This document shows, in pieces, positions 23,350-36,010 of a stretch of DNA of 64,000 nucleotides. Both the position numbers and the translations under genes were made by a program. Source of the DNA: Selaginella moellendorffii (taxonomy: Eukaryota > Plantae > Lycopodiophyta); assembly GCF_000143415.4 (NCBI RefSeq), contig NW_003314411.1, positions 186,452 through 250,451 on the forward strand, given 5' to 3'. Position 1 is the first letter of the stretch; the number at the start of each line of letters is the position of its first letter. A model generated the notes under the pieces. That model searched no databases. It was not told where the DNA came from and was given only the letters and a program-made list of their open reading frames with translations.

Positions 23350-24160
23350 TGGCGGATTGCTCTGGCGCCTGGAGCAACCTTGTTTCTGGCCTCGATCTGC
23401 CAGACGAAGGAGCACATAGAGGTCAGAATCTCTACCCGGCTTGGCAGCAGTCGATGATCCAGCGGCATGAGGTGAGATTGGGAGGTGAAGGAGGGGCGAT
23501 GGGAGGAAATTCTTGTGGCGGAGCGGGATGCCCCAGGAGAAGTAAGCTCTTGCCGTGGCGATGACAAAGAGGAAGCGTGACGAGCTTTTGAAGACCAAGA
23601 GCGTGGCGTTCGGGGCTCCAGTTCTAAGGATAATTGGAGCACCACAGCCGAAAACGATGGTGGCAGAGATCCTCGCTCCTCGAGAGATTGCCATGAAGAG
23701 AATCGCGGCTGAGAACTTGCAGACGCGCGCTGAAGAAACAGAGAACCACATCTAGCAATCAGTCGGACCAAGATAAGTTGTGCCGAAGTTTGAGCCAAGA
23801 AGGAAGCACTCCGCGTGGAATGCAAGCAGTGCAAGACGTTTTACAACGCAGTGGAACTCCCAGGCGATGGCAACGGGGAATTCACTCTGTGAGCATCACA
23901 ATCAAGTGTACCGTGTCAAAGGCATCTTCCTCCCTCAATGCCAGAAGGCAATTCTGGAACATAATTGGCTTCTCAGAGAACCGAGCGCCAAGGCTGGACT
24001 GATCTTGTACCAAGAAGAGGCTCCCTGGAGCTTGGCGAAGTTGACGAGTTGAGGAGGCACCGATGAAGCTGGAAAAACTATTTCTCTCGGAGCGCTGGTG
24101 CAGGACACTTGCTGTGAGAACGCTACTTACCAGCCAGAAGAACGCTAGTGCTACTTCCAT
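23350..24160 (-). pseudogene. Degenerate paralogue of the LecRK 5' end (signal peptide plus diverged downstream sequence)
   Basis: MEVALAFFWLVSS vs MELAVAFFWLVSS; upstream 24160-24330 matches 22708-22850; downstream homology not established. Confidence 0.5.
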
Positions 24161-24485
24161 CTTGATTCATCCTTCGCTTGTGACGGACGTCGGGAGGGCG
24201 TCTTCTCTCTTTCTTTTTTTCTTGCTGGGTTGTTTTGTTCGCGTTGAGTTGGCAGCTGGTAGAAAGTCTTTGTTGGTGTGAAGATGGATTGATGTTGCCG
24301 TGGGTCCGTGGTGACCCTACGTGCAAGTTGACAGAGTTGCACGGGATGTTCCGTTTGATAATGGAGTATCTTTCAGCGTTGCCGCGTGACTCTGGTTTCT
24401 GGGTTTTGAGATCTTGCCATTAAAACTCCAGGTATGGGAGAAATCGCTCTCTCTTTCTCATTACGACCTCCTCCTCCTCACAACA

Positions 24486-24935
24486 ATGTGCTGCCTGTTC
24501 CTTTGCAGCTCCTCTAAAGAATTGGCGGATCCAGAGAATTTGGAGCTTCGGTCGCCATCGTCGAGCAAGGCGGGAGTCGGAGGTTTGCTAGGAAAGGTTT
24601 GGAGCTCCTTCGCAGCAGATCGCGGTGGCCAGAGAGGTACGCTCGCAGAGGTCGAGAATCGAAGCGGCAGGACGCTTCTCTTCTTCGAGAAGAACAGGGA
24701 GGTCTGGAAGAGGAACTTGTTTCGGCTGGATCCTCTCCAGACCATGCGCCTCTCGCCGGAGTGCCTGATCGATGGAGCCGAGACTTACACCCGGGTGGAA
24801 GTCTTGGTGCTGGATGATCGCTCCGGCAAGCCTATGACAACTCGTCCAATCTGGATCGAGCCTTTTGATTTCGTGATGTACAAGAAGATCATCGTCCAGG
24901 GCGCTGGAACAGCGCTGGAGATTCTCAAAGTGTGA
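24486..24935 (+). CDS. Small uncharacterised protein (149 aa), N-terminal MCCLFLC; paralogue of 25373-25930
   Basis: GC-rich intact ORF; EKNREVWKRNLFRLDP aligns with EKHREVWGRLLFSIDP. Confidence 0.75.
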   Translation: MCCLFLCSSSKELADPENLELRSPSSSKAGVGGLLGKVWSSFAADRGGQRGTLAEVENRSGRTLLFFEKNREVWKRNLFRLDPLQTMRLSPECLIDGAETYTRVEVLVLDDRSGKPMTTRPIWIEPFDFVMYKKIIVQGAGTALEILKV

Positions 24936-25372
24936 GATGAAGAAGCAAGAAAAGTCAAGTACATCCGGAAGGAGCGAAGAACATCCGGGAGGTTTCGTGT
25001 TGACTTGAAAGTCAAGTCTTTCGTAATGTCATAAGCCAACACAGAGAAAAACGCGAGCCTTTCTAATAAGTTGTGAAGATTTCAGTGCTCATCATCCATT
25101 TAAAAGTTCTATGGAACTTATGGTTGAATTTACGCTTGAATGGAGGTTCCATGGCTGACAGTCAAGGAGTTCTAGAACCTGGAAGGTTTAAAAAATTTAT
25201 TCACAAACTTACAAGGATCCAAAAGAATCCATCATGGAGTTTCGCAAACTCCACTGTGTTTTTTTTTTATCTCAGCGAAATAAAAAACCATGCAAGCAAC
25301 CAAAGATAAATACATTGAAATTTTTCTTTAGTGCGTAAAAGGTAAAACCATAGAAGTTTTACTCGGTCAACG

Positions 25373-25930
25373 TCATCTGGGCGCTGGAAATTTCTGCAAG
25401 GAGAGACTGCCTCCATGCCCGCTAATCACAAACTCTCGATGCATGGGGAGCTCGTCCGAATCGATGCGCAGCGGCGGGATCACGGGCAATCCCTCGTCTC
25501 CCCACACCACCTCCATCCACACAAACGTCCCGGCCATGATATTCGGCTGGACGACCACGCTGCTCTCCGGATCGATCGAGAAGAGCAGCCGCCCCCACAC
25601 CTCGCGGTGCTTCTCGTGGATTTTGATCTGCGCATCGCTGTTATTCACGATCCGCGTGATGCTCGATGCATTGGCCTTCTTCCTCCGCGAGATTATCGCC
25701 CAGTTGAGGCTGGCCAGATTGTCGCTGCGAAAGGGGGAGTGGAGAGGGGATTCGGGGGCGCCACTGCCGGGGCTGCTGGATTTGGAGTGGGAATTGGGGA
25801 GAGGGTCTTCCGGGATGGCGATTGAGAGCCCGCCTGAAGAGGAATTGGGCGCGAGTGGCTGTCGATTCACCTCGTGAGAGCTTCCAACCCTACCGCTAGT
25901 TTGCTTGGCGCACGACCAGAGGCAGCCCAT
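25373..25930 (-). CDS. Small uncharacterised protein (185 aa), N-terminal MGCLWSC myristoylation/palmitoylation-type motif
   Basis: Intact ORF; Ser/Pro-rich linker; C-terminal ~95-aa domain shared with 24486-24935. Confidence 0.8.
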   Translation of the reverse strand: MGCLWSCAKQTSGRVGSSHEVNRQPLAPNSSSGGLSIAIPEDPLPNSHSKSSSPGSGAPESPLHSPFRSDNLASLNWAIISRRKKANASSITRIVNNSDAQIKIHEKHREVWGRLLFSIDPESSVVVQPNIMAGTFVWMEVVWGDEGLPVIPPLRIDSDELPMHREFVISGHGGSLSLQKFPAPR

Positions 25931-26438
25931 AACGGCGATTCCAGGGGATTGGCGCTGCTCGTCCCAGTGGCGCTCTATAGCCTAGGTAAGCTTCCATCTC
26001 TCGCGGATGGACTTGGCGAGACCTCTTCCGCCGTTGGATTGGGTCAAGTCCATGGTCAAACGCGCGTCTGTCAACAGTTGATCGCTCCCTCGGACAACGT
26101 TTGAAAGAAAATGAAAATACTGTTTATTGATAATTATGTTGTTAATCGTGTTTAGCTGAGACGGTTGAAATTCCGCCACATGGAGAGAACGTGGCGGGAA
26201 TCGACGGCCGGGACATATTCTCTCCTCCCTTGTTGTGGACGAGGGCTTTTATTACTCCTTGCAAGATTTGTGCTAGAGCCTTCCCAGGAGCTTGGATTTC
26301 CCCGAGCGATGCAAGCGCCTAGGGCGTCGCCGATCCGTCCATCCAAATGCGGCGGACTGGCAGCGCGCCACGCCGGTACGTGTTGATGCTGTAGCGCTGC
26401 GAGCGAGCAAGAAGGGTTTCGCGGATCGATCGATTGAG

Positions 26439-28659
26439 ATGACGAAGCTGATGAGGATTCTTTCCGTGATGGTTTTGGCTACATCGACGAGATTACGTGC
26501 CGAGGATGTGCCATTTGGGACGGGATTGTGGTATATCTATGCCGGGATCTCGACCTTCCTGGTTGTGTTTGCTGGGCTCATGTCTGGTCTCACGCTGGGA
26601 CTCATGAGCTTAGGCGTGGTGGACCTGGAAGTTCTACAAAGAAGTGGTACTCCCAAGGAGAAGCGTCAAGCGGGTGAGTTTCCTACTTCCACTTTACTTC
26701 CACTTTTGCTTCGTATAACATCTCTTTTTCCAGCGGCAATCTTTCCAGTGGTTCAAAAGCAGCACCAGCTCCTGGTGACTTTACTTCTCTGCAATTCAGC
26801 TGCCATGGAGGTGAGTGAGAAAAAATGGTTTTTTTCTTTGATGGTGAATGATTTCGATGCCAATTTCTTGCAGGCTCTGCCAATTTTCCTGGACAAGATG
26901 TTCGATCCTGTCACAGCAGTCATATTATCCGTTACATTTGTGCTTGCGTTTGGAGAGGTTTGTGTTTCACCGTATTCTTTGGTTGCGATTCCCAACGTGT
27001 GAACTCCAGGTTCTTCCTCAAGCCATTTGTGCTCGATATGGGCTCGCTATCGGTGCGAATCTCGTCTGGCTTGTCAAAGTATTGATGGTGGTCTGTTATC
27101 CAATTTCTTATCCCGTTGGGAAGGTATGCACGACGAGGCTCTTTTTCTTATCCGTTAACATTGATCATGCAGTTGCTGGATGCTGTACTCGGACCTCACG
27201 ACTCCTTGTTTCGTCGCCCACAATTGAAGGCCCTTGTCTCCATTCATGCGATGGATGTAAGGCATTTCACGCGATTTTGTTGCCTTGGCTTAGCAACTGA
27301 TGTCAGGATGTTAACATTTCTATGCAAAAGCTAGGCAGGCAGAGGCGGTGAGCTCACTCACGATGAAGCGACTATAATCAGCGGAGCTTTGGACTTAACT
27401 GAAAAGGTTTGAGCTTTTCTCGATGTTAACACTTGCTAATATGCCGATCGGCTTCGTCTAGACTGCAGAAGAAGCGATGACACCTGTTGAGTCTACATTC
27501 TCTCTTGAAGTTAACTCCAAACTTGATTGGTATTTTATTGCAATTGTCTTGTCATGAAGCTGATAATATGTCTGTCCTCTCCAGGGAAGCAATGGGACGG
27601 ATACTTGCTCGGGGTCATAGTCGTGTGCCAGTTTTTGCTGGAAGCCCTCGTAACATCATCGGACTGTTGCTGGTAATCGACTTGATATATTTTTGTTCAT
27701 ATCACATCGATGTTTTTCCGCTTTCTTTTAGGTGAAAAGCCTATTGACAGTTCGGCCTGAAGCCGAAACGCCTGTCAGTGCTGTGTCCATACGAAAGATA
27801 CCAAGGTACTTAGTTTTACTTTTGTATAAGGTACAATTGGGGGTTTCTGCTCAGAGTACCTGCGGACATGCCTTTGTACGATATCCTGAACGAGTTCCAG
27901 AAGGGAAACAGCCACATGGCAGCTGTGGTGAAAGCGAAGATGAAAAGGAAGCCAAGGCACACTGCACATCACACACATAATGTGAACCACGAGGAACGCT
28001 GGTCGGACGGTCCCAAGCAGCATGACGATGAAAATGGAAAGGCAGCCTTGGAGAAGAATGAAACGACGATTGATGTAGATGCAACTCAACCAAAGCCTCC
28101 AGATTCACGTGATGAAGATGATCCCGGAGATGATTTAGAAGACGGAGAAGTTATAGGTATTATCACTTTGGAAGACGTGATTGAAGAGCTGCTCCAGGTA
28201 AGAAGCCTAGCTGCGAATACCTTCGCCTTAACAGATTTCTTGTATCTGATTTCCAGGAGGAGATAGTCGATGAAACTGACGAATACGTAGATGTTCACAG
28301 GAGGTAAGCATCTTCTTGCGGCCTCATGTCTTAAATCTCGTTTTTCGTGCCAGAATTCGTGTTGCTGCTGGATCCGTCTCGAAAGTCGCCACTAGTGTCC
28401 GTCGAGTGGGGTCGTCGTATCGTGTTTTGGTAAGCTTCTTCTGCTGTTTCTTGTGGCTGTCTTTACTTTGTTTGCATTCGCTTGTCAGGGGCCTACTGGT
28501 GCGAAGTCCAACATAAACAGCCAAGTGTCCGGGGGTAGCCCGAATCGTTTTGTCCTAGAGGCAGATTGCAAGCAAAACGCTGAGAAGGCGACGCATAAGC
28601 CCACGTCGGAAGGCTTGACAGAGCCTCTTCTTGGAAATGGTGGCGTCGTGGTGGCATAA
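26439..28659 (+). CDS. DUF21 (CNNM) + CBS domain membrane protein, multi-exon
   Basis: FAGLMSGLTLGLMSL, LLVTLLLCN, FGEVLPQAICARYGL, GHSRVPV, LNEFQKGNSHMAAV, GIITLEDVIEELLQ; short GT-AG introns. Confidence 0.92.
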
Positions 28660-28721
28660 AAAGTCGGCTTTTTTTTTGTCGCCCAGAGTTTTATTCTCAT
28701 ACAATCTGGACTTTTTGCAGC

Positions 28722-29904
28722 TTAGGAAGTCTTGAGCATGGATACAAGCAGTCGACGAGGAGGCTTGGATGGATGCCTCGAATGGAGCACGGCGTGATTG
28801 TTCACAACCATGACATCTCCTGGCTTCCACTTGTGAGGTACTTGGTGGTCGTTCATAAATGCAAGGGAGGCTTTAAGAGCGTCTAGTGGAAGCGGTGTTC
28901 CATCGCCATATTCCAAATGCCGGAGGTTTGGAATGGTGGGATCGGAAGAGCCAATGTTGTTGAACCACGTCTTTGAGTTTTCCTTGAGCTGCTTGATCGC
29001 CGGGCGGGGTCCGTGGTAGACTTTCACTCGTCCGTCGTCTAACCATTGTAGTTTCTTTGACAACTTTGAAGCTCTGCAGGGAAGTCCCGGATAAGACACT
29101 TTGGTGCTCGAAGATCGAGAGCAAGAGAAGCAAAAAAAGAGATCGCTACTTACTTGAGCTCCGCCTGGGATCGATCATCCGTGCCAAACTTCTCCTTCCA
29201 CTCGTCCTCGGCGAGAAAGTTGTAGTAGACGAGGCCTTTCTCCTCGAGGTTCCGTACGAACTCGGGGTACTCGCGGGCCATGGCGTCGTACACCGTACGG
29301 CCTTGTACGATCCCCGTCTCGCCTCCCTCCGGTGGAGCGATCTCGCAGAAGAACATCACCACGTCGGGATAATCCGGCAGCTGTGGAGAGAAACAAGACA
29401 AAGATCGCGAGTTGCGTGGGCGATTCATGAAGAGAAGCGGGAAATCTTCGCGATCGGGAGGACATCGTGAAGAGAAATCGTGAGAAATCGCGAAGAAATC
29501 GCGAAGATCCGTGAGGAGGGAGGGATACAACTCACATAGGCCATCTCGTTGTGGAATCCAATGCGAATTTCCAGCGGCAGCTCATTGGCAGTGAAGACAG
29601 GGCCGACGATATACGTCCTAGCCGCTGCGCCCGCCTCGTATCCCATGCTCTTGTATCCAAACGCCTCCACCACCGTCGCGAAATCCTCGGCATTCTTCAC
29701 TGGGAAGCCCCGGAAGAGGATCGCGCCGCTGCTGTCGAGAAGGGATTCCAGACCGGGCTTGTTCTTCCGGATCGCCGCTGCCAGGGCTTCCAGCGAGGGA
29801 TGATCGCTGCCGGGAACTAAAACCTGTGGAAATGGAGGATTGGAGTGATTTGCAGCAGGTGGATCAGCCACAAACTCCGCCACGGCCGCCAATAGATCCG
29901 CCAT
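28722..29904 (-). CDS. Clavaminate synthase-like TauD/TfdA Fe(II)/2-oxoglutarate dioxygenase, 3 exons
   Basis: GAILFRGF, IGFHNEMAY, FFCEIAPPEGGET, WKPGDVMVVNNHAVLHSR. Confidence 0.9.
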
Positions 29905-30255
29905 AGCTAAGCTCTAAGTCCTACTATCTTAGTCAATAATGTGTGATTATAATACTGACACGTCAGCCACAAGCAAATAGTTACAGGTGGCTTTCCACGT
30001 CAGCTAGCTATTGGTCTGGTTTGAACCTCCGACCTGTGGGGTTTATTGCGCTTATTCGCGGGAACATCACATTTCCTCGCGAGGCGCATCGATCGATCGG
30101 GGCGCGATGGCGAGGGCGCGATGATCCTTTGACGCCAAGACGGGGAAATCTCCCACGCGCGGCGCTGGAGCTCTGAAGCTGGGGCGTTCTTGCTGCCTGA
30201 TCGGATTCTTGCTTTTAGGGAATGCTGGGCTCGTCGGGCGGGCACTGGCCTGGGA

Positions 30256-32199
30256 ATGGCTTCTTCTCGTCGGGAGGTGCGAAATCTAGGCCCTTTTACG
30301 GGATTTCTTTGTTGTGATGTTTCCCTCTTTCCAGAGATTCGGAAGAAGGCGCAAGATGTTGAGGAACTCGTGAACGCGAGCTTTTCATGGACAGCGCAGA
30401 AGGAAATTCGCTTCTCCCGGGCGATTGAAGAGATTCTTGGCGACCTGGAGCCCTCCCAAGAAGATCGCGACGCCCGAGCAGCTATTGTCGCCTCGTTCGA
30501 CAGCTTTGTCAAGCAGACTTTATCTGGTGAGTGTCTCTCATAAAAATGCGTGATTTTTCTCTCCAGCTGTTCTCTTCTCTCTCTTTTCGTTAGAAGATGA
30601 TCTTTTTTCTTTTCTTTTTTCTCTCCCCAGGCTCGTCCGTCGTTGCTCCTTTTGGATCATATGTAACCAACACATTCACTTGTGACAGCGATCTCGATCT
30701 ATCGCTTTACGTGAATCGTATGAACCCTCTTTCCCGAGAAGAAAAACTCTACTTTCTGAAAAGGGTCACGACCAGTTTGCAAGCAATGCATGGTAAGCGT
30801 AAAGCTAAGATTAAAGTCTTTCATTCATTCTTACTCGTTTTCTTGTTGGCTGGCAGCACGGTATGATCAAATACAGCCCATTTACAAGGCTACTGTTCCT
30901 GTGGTGAAGTTCGTGGACCGTAAAACTGGAATACAGTGTGATCTCTCTGTAGACAACAAAGATGGTGCATCAAAATCGTTGGTACTAGCTGCTCTATCTT
31001 CAATCGACAAGCGCTTTCGCCCACTCTGTCTACTGGTACCATAAGTGTTGAATGTCAGTCGTTTTCTGAGATGTTCCGTTCCAGCTGAAAAAATGGGCTA
31101 AATCTCACGAGATCAACGATGCTAGCGCTGGTACCTTGAGTTCGTATGTCATCACACTTTTGGCCATATTTCACCTTCAGGTCAGGTTGTCTAAGGAGTT
31201 GTTTTGGAGTGCTTTTTGACATGCGTACTTTGCAGACATGCTCCCCTCCAGTTCTCCCGCCATTGTCTATGATTATTGGAGGTTTTTGCCACTCTTTAAC
31301 TTTTATATTATTGTTGAGTGCTCTTTAGCAAGGTTTTGTCCTCGTCACAGATCTCCGTCCTCGTTTTCTCTTCTCTCATATATTGTTGGTTTGATGAGAT
31401 TCGTTAGTATTTTCTCATTACTCGGCTTGCTTTTTGCAGGACTGGACCTACGTGATGCTTCCTATTGCAGCGGGTTTATAAGTGCCCGCGCCAAAGCTTT
31501 TCAGGGCTTTGGTGCTCGCAACATGGACAGAATCTCCGAGCTCTTTAGGACCTTCTTTGTAAAGGTGTTGGACTCAGTTCTAATTTGTGTTCACTCAGTT
31601 TTCCAATGCGTAGATCACCGCTGTCAAGGCACTCTGGCAGGAAGGACTCTGTGCGAGTACTTACCATGCACAGTGGATCTCAAAGTGGCCAAGCTTTCAC
31701 AATGGTTGCATTTGCGTAAGTTTAGCCTTCCGCAACATGATCATGCTCCTGATGACGTTCGCTTATGTTTTTCAGGTGGAGGATTTTTATGATCCGTCAC
31801 GGAATGCTGCCAAAGCCGTGACACCCAAGGACTTCGAGTACATCTACCAGTGCCTGGAGAACTCGGTAGATGCGTTCCGAAGGCCAATCACGGATATGGA
31901 ATCGTTCAAGAAGATGATCGTCGGCGATGGATGTATGCCGAAGGTTACTCCACCACCACGGCCTGAGCCACGATTCCCAGACCCGCGCGACATTCGTCCC
32001 AGCCTCGCAGTGCCTCTCCTCCTCCAAGGCCGACCTCACAGGCCTGCATTGGGACCTCCAAACCGCCGGTTCTGTGAGTAGTTGCTCTTCACTAGCTTCT
32101 AGTTGTTTGCTCACCATCCATGGATTTACAGAAAAACTGAGGAAACGCAATCAAACTAATTCGTCCGAGTGTCAAAGGCGAACTTTAAAGTTAAGGTAA
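30256..32199 (+). CDS. HESO1: HESO1-like terminal uridylyltransferase, multi-exon; exact 3' end uncertain (32081-32199)
   Basis: PFGSY..DSDLDLS, VPVVKFVD..CDLSVDN, KWAKSHEINDASAGTLSSY, HLQTCSPPVLPPL, GLCASTY, VEDFYDPSRNAAKAV. Confidence 0.8.
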
Positions 32200-32348
32200 A
32201 TTATTGTTTCCATGGAACTCCTCGGAGCACAAAGTGCTCTGGAAGTTCTTCATTATAATTTATCTCTTCCATCTCATGTTTGATTGTTGGTCACTTGCAA
32301 AGAAAATAGCTTTCATTCATCTAGTATCACTGCATCAAAGAAATTCTA

Positions 32349-33068
32349 TTACACCGCTCCAGCCATTCTTGCTGATAGTTCTTGGTCCATCATTTTGATG
32401 ATAAACTGTTGCAGCTTAAACAGATCAAACTCGATATGGTAGTCACCCCTGACATCTCCAGTGAAGTGAGACATGGGAAACTTGATCACAAAGCCCTCGC
32501 TGGCCTTGCAAAACTCCGGCCCAAACATGATCTCCCTCATGTCACGGCTGCCTTCCTCCTTGGCGAGAAACGTGAATTGGCAGTCGCTCGTAACTTTGAC
32601 ACCGATCACCAACTTGTAACCAGACTGCTCCCACGTCTCCACCACCTCTCGCAATGTCTCGATCGTCTCGTTCCTGTACGCCACTTCGACCACGGCCCTC
32701 GCTCTCGCCATGTCCGAGTTGGAGAAATAGCACTGATCCGGTTCCTTGTCGCCCGTCACTGTTGGAAGGCGCGAAGCTCCGGCGGGCGTGATCACGTCTA
32801 AACACTCGTCCACACCAGGAAGAGTGCAAATCTGCGAGATGATGCGAGTGTTGAACCATTGCGAGACGGTCTCGTGAACGATGGAAGGATCCCCGTGCAT
32901 CCACACATCGCCTTCCTTGTATTGCAATCTCCAGTGGCACTCCAAGCCATCCATCCAAGCATCATAAACTGCCCATGGTACCTGTTGGGCAACGAGGAAT
33001 GGCCCCTCTTTGTCTCCCTCTTCATATGCAGCGATGGCCTCCCTCAACCCCGTGTCCAAGGACTCCAT
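32349..33068 (-). CDS. Uma2-like PD-(D/E)XK restriction-endonuclease-fold protein, 239 aa, intronless
   Basis: Motif order PSIVHE...KEPDQCYF...VVEVAYRNE...W...LVIGVKV is typical of Uma2/DUF820-like domains. Confidence 0.7.
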   Translation of the reverse strand: MESLDTGLREAIAAYEEGDKEGPFLVAQQVPWAVYDAWMDGLECHWRLQYKEGDVWMHGDPSIVHETVSQWFNTRIISQICTLPGVDECLDVITPAGASRLPTVTGDKEPDQCYFSNSDMARARAVVEVAYRNETIETLREVVETWEQSGYKLVIGVKVTSDCQFTFLAKEEGSRDMREIMFGPEFCKASEGFVIKFPMSHFTGDVRGDYHIEFDLFKLQQFIIKMMDQELSARMAGAV

Positions 33069-34177
33069 ATGACAGAAAAGAATTCTTCCCTATTAGGGAA
33101 CACAACAAAATAAAGGTTACTTTGGGCATGTCAATTTCATATTATCTCAGAATTTTCATGTTTCAAATTACGTTTCCTTGTCAACATATAACACCTAACT
33201 AATGCTATATTTGGAGCAACTAGAGTTTAATATAGCTTTCCCATCATTCCATAAAAAGAAAACATACACTCTTTCAATTTTAAAATATAGTAGTATTTCA
33301 AAGCTTAATAATTAAAAGATCTGTTTTTTTTATACTTTAATCATATTTTAATTTGTGTTGATGTAAAAGATTATTTCAATTGTATTGTAAAGTTATGAAA
33401 GATGGTTAAAATATAAGAGGGTTCTTTATTGTGGATAATACCACCAAATAAAAGTTGTTATTAATTATGTGTAATCTAAACTTTAGATTTGACAGAAAAA
33501 GTGCCAAAAAAGCTGTGGAGGGGATTGCAATATATTTTACAAATTATTTATCAATAAATATTAACTTTGAATTTAATTTATTTTCTTATAAATTTTAGTA
33601 TTTTAAAATATATTGTAGATTGAACTCAAGTAGGCTTTTATAATTTTTATCATAATTAATTAAATTTAAAAATTATATTGCAATTTTCTCAGTTAAATTA
33701 TCAATTCAGCTAACATATTATATAGTTTTATAGATTTACTTATTTATATTAAACTTCTATTTGCTTATATGTATAATATACTTATATATTTGTTAGAGAT
33801 AAATTTAATCTTACATGCAATGAAAGAGTAATTTAAGTAAATATAAAGTATAAGATATATTTTTAAAGAAAAAGAAATTAATTAATAGCTCTAGTTACAA
33901 AATTATTTATAGTTAAAAAAGTTAATTTTGTAAATTTTCTATCTTTCATTAAACAATATTCTAAATAATAGTTATTAAAGTTAATATTGAGAAATTGTAT
34001 TTAACAAAAAATTTACTAATATAATATAACATAAAATTATATTAATATTATAAATACTTGAAATATAAGAATAGGTATATTAATTGGGGTTTAGACCGTA
34101 CTTATATACAAGAATGGATAAATCAAATTCAATCCCAAATAGATAGTCCATATGCTATTATAATTAGTGTATTACCT

Positions 34178-34241
34178 ATACATACATACATATATATGTA
34201 TATATATATATATGTATATATACATACATGTATATATATAT
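34178..34241. repeat. (TA)/(TACA) microsatellite
   Basis: ATACATACATACATATATATGTATATATATATATATG... Confidence 0.85.
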
Positions 34242-34399
34242 GTAGGTCGGCGCCGGTCACAGATTAAAACCAGAGTTTTCACCTCAAGTTTTATTGGTGA
34301 AACTTAGACTTACAACCTTATTCCATCCTTCCCTTTGGAAGATGAAAAGGTAATGACAATAAGTCAAGTGGAATATATAAAACTTTTATTAGGTGATTA

Positions 34400-35050
34400 T
34401 AAACTACCACAAGAATCTGAAGCTATTTTAAAACTATTAACAAAGTTGATGATAACCATGGCTTAAACAAAATCCAAAGCCATGGCACAAACATCAATAA
34501 ATTATAGAGTCCCAATAAATTAATTCCAACTTTATATATATGCTCAAACCACCATTGTAGCAAATAATACATTTCATCTTTAAGTTTATCTATTGACAAC
34601 CACCATTAATTCAAACTCACTACTATAAGCAAAAGTTGTTTTTATGTCTTCCTTTTGGTCAACATCTAAAATCTGTTTTAATTTAAACTTACAACCATTG
34701 TATTCATCTAACACTACATATTGGAAGTCAAACTCACTCTGTTCATTTTCCACATCTTTGTCATCCCCTTCTCGAAGGAAAATAAATTTTGAAGCACTAG
34801 ATTTGTTTAGACTTGTTGCATTTGTCCCCACTTTTCTATCTATGTTTGGCCTCACTATATTAGGGTTACGTGTTCTATTTGGACTTGTTATATTTGTCTT
34901 TACTCCACAATTTATGACATTTGTTTTTGTTGCACTACCATATCCATTTGTCCTCACTCTATCATTGAGGCTGGACTCCCATTTATCCCCTCTACCCCCT
35001 CTTCCAAAGAAAAAAAAGTTTGAAGTGTTGAAGATAAAAAGAGAAAGTTA
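34400..35050 (-). mobile_element. Possible decayed retrotransposon gag/protease remnant
   Basis: Minus strand RGGRG...INCG.. followed by an acidic linker (ORF 34586-34957); no intact motif. Confidence 0.25.
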
Positions 35051-35614
35051 GAAAGAGGAAAAAATATTATGGAAGAAGAAAAAGTGGATAAAAAAGTATC
35101 AAAGAGGAATTTTTAGCAATTATTAAAGTACAAATTGGGAGAAAAGAAGGAAGCATATTCAAAGTTTAGAGAACAAAGGATCTGCTATGATAAAATGCTT
35201 TAACTACCACAAGATATATAAAAGATTTACACTGTTCAACCTTCTCAACACATAATTCAACACTTGAAACAGAAAAATCAATAGAAAAATTCACACTCTC
35301 AAAAGAACACATAAACCCCTTAGTAACAATGATAAATAAATGCTCTCAATGACACTTACAATTAGGAATATACATTTAACCCAAAACTCTAGCAAAAGTG
35401 ACTTAACCTTTGGAATAAAAAAATACTCAATACTAGAATTGATCAAAGACTCCACCAAAGAAACAAAAGTAAAATTCTTAGCTTTACATATATACTTAAC
35501 ATCTAAATTAGTATGAAAAGGATAGAAAACACTCAACTTAACACCGGATTGAGAATGAGAAACATAAAAGTGTAAGAAACCATAGGAAACAACTCGAAAG
35601 ATGATCCATACAAA

Positions 35615-35757
35615 TTTAAATATAAAAGGAAAGGGCTTATAAACAAATATGCACTCTCTTTTATAATTAGATGCATTCTCTTTTCCAATTAGTTAAGAGT
35701 TTTGGGATACTTCCTTAGTATTGAATTGGGTGACCTCCTGAGAAGTCCAAATTAGAA
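35615..35757 (+). mobile_element. 5S-containing short repeat, copy 3 (internally deleted)
   Basis: AAATATAAAAGGAAAGGGC..., ending TTGGGTGACCTCCTGAGAAGTCCAAATT. Confidence 0.6.
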
Positions 35758-35914
35758 ATAACTAGAAAGGATAACAAAGAATATAAGAAGGTGGCTTAAG
35801 CTGAGAAATAAGAAAATATTGGGAAAGAGTAGAAGATAAATAGAAAGGATCAAATATCACATTAAAGGATTAACATTTACTCTGCAAAATCTTTAACTCA
35901 TTTATAAACCTATC

Positions 35915-36010
35915 TGTAAGTTCTTAAATTTGGACTTCTCGGGAGGTCATATAGCTTGGTATTACTTAAATTTGAGGACATTTAACCATAAGTATTCAAA
36001 AACCTTTAAT
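35915..36010 (-). mobile_element. 5S-containing short repeat, copy 4
   Basis: TGTAAGTTCTTAAATTTGGACTTCTCGGGAGGTCA...CATTTAACC is the reverse complement of the family 3' end. Confidence 0.6.

Noticed and set aside
33200-34070. Very AT-rich tract as a MITE or Helitron
   Set aside because: No terminal inverted repeats, TSD or CTRR/hairpin end that I could identify.
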